A DNA stretch of 24,000 nt from Sphaerimonospora mesophila NBRC 14179 = JCM 3151 (GTDB taxonomy: Bacteria; Actinomycetota; Actinomycetes; Streptosporangiales; Streptosporangiaceae), in NCBI GenBank assembly GCA_001552515.1, contig BCRI01000004.1, positions 70,884-94,883 on the forward strand. Reading direction: 5' to 3'. Of this stretch, positions 16,242-22,843 are shown piece after piece. The notes beneath the pieces are model-generated. The model had not been told where the DNA came from. It saw only the letters and a list, made by a program, of their open reading frames with translations, and made no database searches. Positions within the stretch are counted from its first letter, which is position 1. Each line of letters begins with the position of its first letter. Made by a program: the position numbers and the translations under genes.

Positions 16242-17114
16242 TCAACGCGATGTCCGGTGGTGTGCGCCCTTGCGTGCGCCCCAGCCGAACGAAGGCCACG
16301 ACTTCGCCTCCTGGTGCCCCTTGGCCTTGGGCAGCTGGACCGACTGCTTGCCCGCCTTCGACATGTCGGCCGTCGGGTTGATGACGAGGTCCTGCCCCTT
16401 CGCGTCGCGCCCGCTCCGGCCCCACTCGGCGGGGAAGGTGAAGCGCCCCGGGAAGAAGTCGTCGTCGGACTTCTCCTTCACCGCCGCCTGCGGTCCCTCG
16501 GCGGCGGCGGGCGCCGCGTTGGAGGTGTTGGCGGGCGGCTGGAACATGAAGGCCGGCCCGTCGTCCTCCGCGTCCTCCTGCTGCTGCGGCGCCTGCTGCT
16601 GACCCCCTTGCTGCTGGGGCTGCTGCGACTGCTGCTGGGGCTGCTGGGGCTGCTGCTGCATCCCGGCCTCCTGCAGCCACGGCGGCTGCATCGGCTGGAA
16701 CATCGCAGGCTGCATCGCTCCCGGCTGCTGGGCGGTACCGGGCGGCATCATGCCCGGCTGCTGGCCCATACCGGGCGGCATCATGCCGGGCTGCTGCATC
16801 ATGTCGGGCTGCTGGGTGATGCCGGGCTGGGTGATACCGGACGGCATCATGTCCGGTTGCATCGTGCCCGGCTGGGTCATGCCGGGCTGCATCATGCCCG
16901 GCTGCTGCATCGTGCTCTGGTTCTCCTGCGGCTGCTGCGCGCCGGCCTGCTGCAGCCACGGCGGCTGCATCCCGAACTGCGGCGCCCCGTACATCTGGCT
17001 GCTGTAGGGGTCGGTGTTGCTGGTGACGTCGCCCGGACCCGCTTCCTGTGGTGTGGCGGCGGCGGCCGGGCCGGCGAACAGGGCGGCGGCGAGTATGGCA
17101 GTGCAGATAGGCAT
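16242..17114 (-). CDS. hypothetical exported Gln/Pro/Met/Gly-rich protein B
   Basis: 290 aa from ATG 17114: MPICTAILAAALFAGPAAAATPQ..., then QPGMM/QPGMT/QQPGMMPPG repeats and a poly-Q/P tract (QQQPQQPQQQSQQPQQQGGQQQAPQQQ). It ends in a basic, non-repetitive ~100-aa C-terminal region. The start is chosen by conservation with protein A. The track's 365-aa version extends over the non-coding leader. Confidence 0.65.
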   Translation of the reverse strand: MPICTAILAAALFAGPAAAATPQEAGPGDVTSNTDPYSSQMYGAPQFGMQPPWLQQAGAQQPQENQSTMQQPGMMQPGMTQPGTMQPDMMPSGITQPGITQQPDMMQQPGMMPPGMGQQPGMMPPGTAQQPGAMQPAMFQPMQPPWLQEAGMQQQPQQPQQQSQQPQQQGGQQQAPQQQEDAEDDGPAFMFQPPANTSNAAPAAAEGPQAAVKEKSDDDFFPGRFTFPAEWGRSGRDAKGQDLVINPTADMSKAGKQSVQLPKAKGHQEAKSWPSFGWGARKGAHHRTSR

Positions 17115-17204
17115 GGACTCCCCCGATGTCGTGGAAGGTACGAGCAAGACGCTAAGCGGCCCACGGTGGATGATCATGTGTCCGACGCTCAATGTCGGGT
17201 CAAA
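17115..17204 (-). promoter_or_regulatory. conserved promoter/5'-leader module, copy B
   Basis: 90-nt counterpart of 15133-15224, from TTTGACC at 17204-17198 (minus strand) to the ATG. It lies in the 203-bp divergent intergenic region shared with the P450 gene. Confidence 0.5.
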
Positions 17205-17317
17205 CCTGAGGATCAGGCGCTTCATCTCGCAAAGATCTACAAACCGCGGTGCCCCACCTGGTTCGCGCACGCCGAGCCCGCCGTTTCCTCCCGGTATCGG
17301 CCGGGCAGGCCCGACGT

Positions 17318-18598
17318 ATGCCACTGCTCGACAACACACTGCCGCTCCTGCTCAGCGGATACGCCTGGCTGCCCGGCCTGCGCCGCCGTGCCGGGTCGGA
17401 CATCGTCCACACGAGGGTGCTCGGGCAGCGGGCGGTCGGCCTGTGCGGGCCGGACGCGGCGCGGTTCTTCTATGACGAGGACCATGTGGAGCGGCGCACG
17501 GCCCTGCCCGGCCCGGTCAAGAGCACGCTGTTCGGTCACGGCGCCGTGCACACGCTCGACGGCCCGGCCCACCGGCTGCGCAAAGCGATGTTCATGTCGC
17601 TGATGACCGAGGACGGCATCGGCGCCCTGGCCGATCGCACGCTCGCCGCCTGGGACGAGACGGTCTCCTCGTGGCCGGCCGGGCGGGACGTCGTGCTCTT
17701 CGACGAGGCGTCCCGGCTGCTGACCCGCGCCGTGTGCGGGTGGGCGGGCGTCCCCCTGCCCGCCGCCGACGTGCCGGCCATGGCGTCCGACCTGGTCGCG
17801 ATGGTCGACGGATTCGGCTCGGTGGGGCGACGGCACTGGCGGGCGCGAACGGCCCGGAGGCGGCGCGAGGCGTGGCTGGCCGCTCTGATAACGGCTGTTC
17901 GCCGGCGCACCCTGACCACGCCGTCCGGCTCGGCCATCGACGTGGTGGCGCATCACGAGGGCACCGACGGCAAACGGCTCGAACCGCGCGTGGCAGCGGT
18001 CGACCTGCTCAACGTCCTGCGCCCCACGGTGGCCATCTGCTGGTTCGTCACCTTCATGGCCCACGCGCTGCATCGATGGCCCGAGCATCGTGCCCGCCTG
18101 ACCGGCGCGGCCGACAGCGGGTCGAAGGCGTTCCCCGACGCCTTCACCGAGGCGTTCGTCGAGGAGGTGCGCCGCTTCTATCCGTTCACGCCGTTCGTCG
18201 GCGGCCGGGCCGTACGGGACCTGTCCTGGCAGGGGGAGCCGATTCCGGCCGGCGCGCTCGTACTCCTCGACGTCTACGGGCAGAACCACGACGCCCGGCT
18301 CTGGGCCGAGCCGTACCGCTTCGAGCCGGAGCGGTTCTTCGGCCGCCGGATCGGCGCGTTCGATCTGATCCCCCAGGGCGGCGGCGACGCGAACACCGGC
18401 CACCGCTGCCCCGGCGAGGCCATCACGACCACGCTGATGCGGGTCCTGGCGGGCCGCCTGGCCGGGCTGGACCACCACGTGCCCGAACAGGATCTGACGA
18501 TCTCCCTGCGCCGGGTGCCGGCGCGTACGGCGAGCGGGTTCGTCCTCAGGCCCGAGCGCGTCCGGGTCAGTCCGGCAGCTGGATCTCGACCGGCATGA
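17318..18598 (+). CDS. CYP152-family cytochrome P450 peroxygenase (fatty-acid hydroxylase/decarboxylase type)
   Basis: 426 aa from ATG 17318: DNTLPLLLSGYAWL, LFGHGAVHTLDGPAHRLRKAMFMSLMT, I-helix LNVLRPTVAI (the Arg-Pro pair characteristic of CYP152), EVRRFYPF, FRPERF, and heme ligand loop IPQGGGDANTGHRCPGE. From memory it is collinear with P450BSbeta/OleT. Confidence 0.9.
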   Translation: MPLLDNTLPLLLSGYAWLPGLRRRAGSDIVHTRVLGQRAVGLCGPDAARFFYDEDHVERRTALPGPVKSTLFGHGAVHTLDGPAHRLRKAMFMSLMTEDGIGALADRTLAAWDETVSSWPAGRDVVLFDEASRLLTRAVCGWAGVPLPAADVPAMASDLVAMVDGFGSVGRRHWRARTARRRREAWLAALITAVRRRTLTTPSGSAIDVVAHHEGTDGKRLEPRVAAVDLLNVLRPTVAICWFVTFMAHALHRWPEHRARLTGAADSGSKAFPDAFTEAFVEEVRRFYPFTPFVGGRAVRDLSWQGEPIPAGALVLLDVYGQNHDARLWAEPYRFEPERFFGRRIGAFDLIPQGGGDANTGHRCPGEAITTTLMRVLAGRLAGLDHHVPEQDLTISLRRVPARTASGFVLRPERVRVSPAAGSRPA

Positions 18599-18791
18599 CG
18601 ATCGGCGGCCGGGACGGGACCTCGGGCAGGGGGCGGTGCCGGAAGTACGACACGAGCGCCTCGCGCAACCGGGCGAGGGCCTCGTCGACCGTGCCGCCCT
18701 CCGCCGCGACCTCCACCTGCACGCATCGCGCGCAGTACAGGCCCTTGTCGTCGGCGGTGACGGTCGCGGTCAACCTGACGGTGCCCCCCAT
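18567..18791 (-). CDS. small HicB-like (UPF0150 fold) protein, possible orphan antitoxin
   Basis: 74 aa: MGGTVRLTATVTADDKGLYCARCVQVEVAAEGGTVDEALARLREALVSYF... This matches the HicB N-terminal pattern (beta strands, then G.T.eEAl..l.eAl). No DNA-binding domain is present. The 3' 32 nt overlap the convergent P450 gene end. Confidence 0.5.
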   Translation of the reverse strand: MGGTVRLTATVTADDKGLYCARCVQVEVAAEGGTVDEALARLREALVSYFRHRPLPEVPSRPPIVMPVEIQLPD

Positions 18792-18973
18792 GGTCGTCAG
18801 CGTACGCTCAGGACGGTCGTGACCGCTCAGGCGCGACGACCGCTCCGTGGAGATCCTCTGCCCGCAGTCTCCCGACCACGCCAAGTCCCATCGACCCTTG
18901 GCGATTCGATCACCAACAGCGGTGACTCCCGGCGGCGTCCGGGGCTGATTCGCTCCGGGCGCCGCCGGGTGCG

Positions 18974-20218
18974 TCACGACCTGCGCTCGTCCCCGGAAAC
19001 CGCGCCGGCCAGCGGCTTGCCGGTCTCGATGAGCGACTTCAGCCGCATCAGGTCCTGCTGCAGCTTCCGGGCCGGGTCGGCCCCGAGCAGCGTCGCCATC
19101 GCGTGCCCGACCGCGCCGATCACCGGGTTGTAGGCGAGCCGTACCTCGATCCGGCAGTGGTCGGCCCCCTCGGGCGTCAGACGCAGCGTGCCCGTGTGGG
19201 CGATGAGCCTGCCCTCGGTGGTCCGCCAGGAGATCTCCCGGCCCTCCTCGCGGTTGATCTCGGTCGCCTCGAAACCGACGGGCACCCCGGCCGGTCCCGA
19301 GATCACCCACTGGGAGCGCTGCCCGTCGGCGGAGCGCCGTACCTCCAAGACGTCGGGCATGCATTTGGCGAAGACGCTGTAATCGCTCAGCAGCGGCCAC
19401 ACGTCCTCGGCCGGGGCGGCGACCGAGATCGCGTCCTCGATGTCGACGGCGCGCCGGCCGGCCCCGATCCCGCTGAGCCGCTTCAGCGGGAGATTCGTGG
19501 CCGCGCGGGCGGCCAGGACGGCGCAGCCGGTCCGTACCGTCCAGGCCAGCGGCTTCGGCAGCCGCCCCGCCATCCCCCAGGTGGCAGCGGCCGCCGCCCC
19601 GGCGAGGAACCTGGCCGTCGGCGACCAGCACTGCTGGAAGATCTCGGGCACGCGCTCCCTGGGCCGGCCTCCCCCCTGAAGCTGGATCACTCCCTCGGTG
19701 TCGTGGTGCGCGGTCCAGCTCGCCTCGACGCCCTTGACACCGGGAATCCGCGCCACCGCCCGGCAGGCCCGGCGGGTCTCCCGTTCGAGCACGTGCCCGG
19801 CGAGGGTCACGTGGCCCCCATCGACGTGGACCTCCACCGCGTGCGGATGGCTGACATGCCGGCCCAACTCGGCGCGCACACGTTCCGACAGCACCCGGTC
19901 GTCGACGTTCCTGCCCAGGAAGCGGTAGCGGACGCCCGCGATCGCGCCCCGGCTCCGATTGCTGAGATCCCGGCCGAGGATGCCGATGCCGCCCCTCGAC
20001 CGGTGCACGACGTGCACGCCCTTGTCGCGGACGCGGGCGCGGCGGGTCCGGCCGAGGTCCGGATCGAGCAGGTACTCGGCCAGCGCCCCGGCGCACGCGC
20101 CCAGACCGGCCGCGCCGACGGTACGCGACAGCGACGGCCCCCGTTCGATCACCGTGACCTGCCCGTCCAGCCGCCCATGTCCTGGTCGATCACCCATGCG
20201 CATGGTAATCACCCCCAT
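18974..20218 (-). CDS. BON-domain plus SRPBCC (START/polyketide-cyclase-like) domain protein
   Basis: The N-terminal half contains a BON-like segment (DDRVLSERVRAELGRHVSHPHAVEVHVDGGHVTLAGHV..RETRRACRAVARIPGVKGV). The C-terminal half is SRPBCC-like (ISVAAPAEDVWPLLSDYSVFAKCMPDVLEV...RLAYNP). The start may be ATG 20203, with GGGGG upstream. Confidence 0.7.
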   Translation of the reverse strand: MGVITMRMGDRPGHGRLDGQVTVIERGPSLSRTVGAAGLGACAGALAEYLLDPDLGRTRRARVRDKGVHVVHRSRGGIGILGRDLSNRSRGAIAGVRYRFLGRNVDDRVLSERVRAELGRHVSHPHAVEVHVDGGHVTLAGHVLERETRRACRAVARIPGVKGVEASWTAHHDTEGVIQLQGGGRPRERVPEIFQQCWSPTARFLAGAAAAATWGMAGRLPKPLAWTVRTGCAVLAARAATNLPLKRLSGIGAGRRAVDIEDAISVAAPAEDVWPLLSDYSVFAKCMPDVLEVRRSADGQRSQWVISGPAGVPVGFEATEINREEGREISWRTTEGRLIAHTGTLRLTPEGADHCRIEVRLAYNPVIGAVGHAMATLLGADPARKLQQDLMRLKSLIETGKPLAGAVSGDERRS

Positions 20219-20273
20219 GCGCTCGGCCCTACCCAGTGACCGGCGGACGATTCCGGCGGGCGGCCCCGCCCCG

Positions 20274-21032
20274 TCAGCCGCGGGAGCGGATGAACACCTC
20301 TATCCCGTCGAGCACGCGGCGCAGCCCGAACTCGAACGCCCGCTCGGGGTCGTAGGCGGCGTTGTACGCCTCGCCCGCCGCGGCCCCCACCCGGGCGGCC
20401 GTGGGATAGCGCCGGGCATCGAACACCTTCGCCAGGAACGGCGCGTGCGCCCACCACCACTGCTCGTCGGTCAGCCCGGTCTGCTTCTCCGCCTGCGCCG
20501 CCTCGACCGCGCCGCGTGCGGCGCCGTGGACGTACCCGTTGATCAGGGTGACCACCAGGTCCATCTCGATCTCGTCGAGGCCCAGGCCGTCGACCGCGCG
20601 CAGCTCGAAGTCGTACTTGGCCATCACGTTCGGGCCGAGCGGGGGCCGGCCGGTCGCCACCTGCAGCAGCCAGGGGTGCCTGCGGCACAGCGCCAGGTTC
20701 TCTCTGGCGATCAGTTCCAGCCTGGCCCGCCATCCGCCGGGCACGTCCTGCGGCGTCGGCAGCTCGCCGTAGACGGTGTCGACCATCACGTCGATCAGCT
20801 CCGCCTTGCCGGGGATGTAGGTGTAGAGCGACATGGTCCCGACGCCCAGCCGCTCGGCCACCTTCCGCATGGACAGCGCCGTCAGCCCCTCGGCGTCGGC
20901 GACCTCGATCGCGGCCCGCACGATCCCGTCGACGCCCAGGTCGGGCCGGCCCTTCCGGCTCGGCCGTTCACCCGTCCGCCACAGGATCGCCAGGCTCCGC
21001 GCCGGGTCTCCCGTGCCGCCGTACTCCGTCAT
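20274..21032 (-). CDS. TetR/AcrR-family transcriptional regulator
   Basis: 252 aa. TetR HTH: IVRAAIEVADAEGLTALSMRKVAERLGVGTMSLYTYIPGKAELI. It also has a long C-terminal ligand-binding domain. Confidence 0.9.
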   Translation of the reverse strand: MTEYGGTGDPARSLAILWRTGERPSRKGRPDLGVDGIVRAAIEVADAEGLTALSMRKVAERLGVGTMSLYTYIPGKAELIDVMVDTVYGELPTPQDVPGGWRARLELIARENLALCRRHPWLLQVATGRPPLGPNVMAKYDFELRAVDGLGLDEIEMDLVVTLINGYVHGAARGAVEAAQAEKQTGLTDEQWWWAHAPFLAKVFDARRYPTAARVGAAAGEAYNAAYDPERAFEFGLRRVLDGIEVFIRSRG

Positions 21033-21140
21033 CTCGCCCCTCGGCCCCTCTTCGTGCGTCCTGTACGCCGTACCGTACGGGAAACATTCTCGGGGACGGC
21101 GTGCCGACGGGGCGCCGGGCGGATCGCGGACCCGGCCGGG

Positions 21141-21977
21141 TCAGCGGCTCAGACCACGCCACTTGGCCACCGAGAGCGGGAAGAAGATCAGCAGTAGCAC
21201 GACCGGCCAGACGACGGCCATGGGCAGGGCGTGCTCGGTGATCCAGGAGTGACCGGCTGCGCCGGGATTGCCGAGCAGCTCGCGCACCGCCGTGACGGTC
21301 GACGAGATCGGGTTCCAGTCGGCGATCGCGCCGAGCCACCCCGGCATGGTGGTGGTCGCCACGAACGCGCTGGACAGGAAGCCGACGGGGAACTCCAGCA
21401 CCTGCACGCCGGTGACCGCCTCGGCGCCGGACAGGGTCAGCCCGAGATAGACGCCGACCCAGACGAGCGCGAGACGCAGCAGGAGGATCAGGCCGAGCGC
21501 GGCGAGGAACCCGCCCGCCGAGCCGTACGGCCGCCAGCCGACCGCCAGGGCGGTGACGATCATGACGGTCAGCGTGAGAACCGACAGCAGCATGTCGGCC
21601 GCGGCGCGCCCGGCCAGCATCGCCCCGGCGGACATGGGCATCGAACGGAACCTGTCGGTGATCCCGCGTTCGACGTCGGCCGCCACCGCCTGCGTGGTGG
21701 CCGCGATGCCGAACAGCATGGTCATCGCGAACATGCCGGGCATCAGGAAGTCGCGGTAGTCGCCGCCGCCCGGCACCCGCATCGCGCCGCCGATCAGATA
21801 CACGAACATCAAGACGATGAGGACGTCGAAGGCGAGCGCGAAGATCACCGGGGCGGGGTCGCGCACCCAGTGCGAGACGCCGCGGAGGGTGAGGGTCCAG
21901 CCGTCCGCCAGGGCCCAGCGCAGGCTTCTCGGTGAGCCGGGCGAACCGGTCGGCGGCAGATGGGCGGCGACGGTCAT
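21141..21977 (-). CDS. ABC-2 type transporter permease (DrrB-like)
   Basis: Last 279 codons of the 584-aa track ORF: MTVAAHLPPTG...WTLTLRGVSHWVRDPAPVIFALAFDVLIVLMFVYLIGG..., with about 6 hydrophobic spans. Its ATG overlaps the ATPase stop (ATGA at 21974-21977). Confidence 0.88.
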   Translation of the reverse strand: MTVAAHLPPTGSPGSPRSLRWALADGWTLTLRGVSHWVRDPAPVIFALAFDVLIVLMFVYLIGGAMRVPGGGDYRDFLMPGMFAMTMLFGIAATTQAVAADVERGITDRFRSMPMSAGAMLAGRAAADMLLSVLTLTVMIVTALAVGWRPYGSAGGFLAALGLILLLRLALVWVGVYLGLTLSGAEAVTGVQVLEFPVGFLSSAFVATTTMPGWLGAIADWNPISSTVTAVRELLGNPGAAGHSWITEHALPMAVVWPVVLLLIFFPLSVAKWRGLSR

Positions 21978-22843
21978 GCGTTGACTTCCTTCCCGGGCTC
22001 GGCGGCCCGCTCGGACCGCGCGGAACGGCCCCCGGTGAGGTGCAGGAACACCTCGTCGAGCGTGGGACGGCGCAGCGTGAGATCGTCGACGGCGACACCG
22101 GCCCGGTCGAGCGCCCGCACCGTCTCCTGGAGCGTGCCGGTCCCGTCGGACACCTGGACGCTCACGCGGCCGGCGTCGGGGTCGACGGCCGGATCCGTCA
22201 CGCCGATCGGCGCGACGGCCCGGGCGGCCGTGCCGATCAGGGCCCGGTCGTGCACGACGAACTCGATCCGGTCTCCGCCGAGCCGCGACTTGAGCTCGCC
22301 CGGGGAGCCCTCGGCGATGACCCTGCCGTGGTCCATCACGTTGATCTGCGTGGCCAGCTGATCGGCCTCGTCGAGGTACTGCGTGGTCAGCAGCACGGTC
22401 GTGCCCCGGGCGGCCAGGTCGCGGATCGCCTGCCACACCTCGCCCCGGCCGCGCGGGTCGAGGCCCACGGTCGGCTCGTCGAGGAAGAGCACCTGGGGCG
22501 CGAGGATCACGCCGACCGCGAGGTCGAGCCTGCGCCGCATGCCGCCGGAGTACGCGCTGACCGGTTTCGCGCCGGTGCCGGACAGGCCGAACTCGGCCAG
22601 CAGCTCGTCGGCCCTGGCCGCGGCGGCCCGCCTGCCGAGGTGATGCAGCCGGCCGAACATGACGAGGTTCTGCCGCCCGCTGAGCACCTCGTCCACCGCG
22701 GCGTTCTGCCCGACCAGGCCGATGCGCCGGCGGACCTCGGCGGCCTGTTCCGTCACGTCGAATCCCCCGACCAGGGCCCGGCCGCCGTCGAGCCGCAGCA
22801 GCGTCGCGAGGATCCGTACCGACGTCGTCTTCCCGGCTACCGG
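21974..22843 (-). pseudogene. DrrA-like ABC transporter ATP-binding protein, 5'-truncated inside the Walker A codons
   Basis: Q-loop, signature YSGGMRRRLDLA, Walker B VLFLDEPTVGLD and the DrrA C-terminal domain are intact. Upstream in frame I read ...PTDKVSPEIRPRPVAGKTTSVRILATLL. Only AGKTT of G-x-x-G-x-GKT(T) remains, there is no start codon upstream of it, and an in-frame TGA lies at 22882-22880. Confidence 0.8.

Noticed and set aside
18567-20096. 509-aa minus-strand ORF
   Set aside because: Only the last 74 codons (HicB-like) look genuine. The remainder is an off-frame read of the BON/SRPBCC gene (RRGAGRVPARSGPRPDPPRPRPRQ...).
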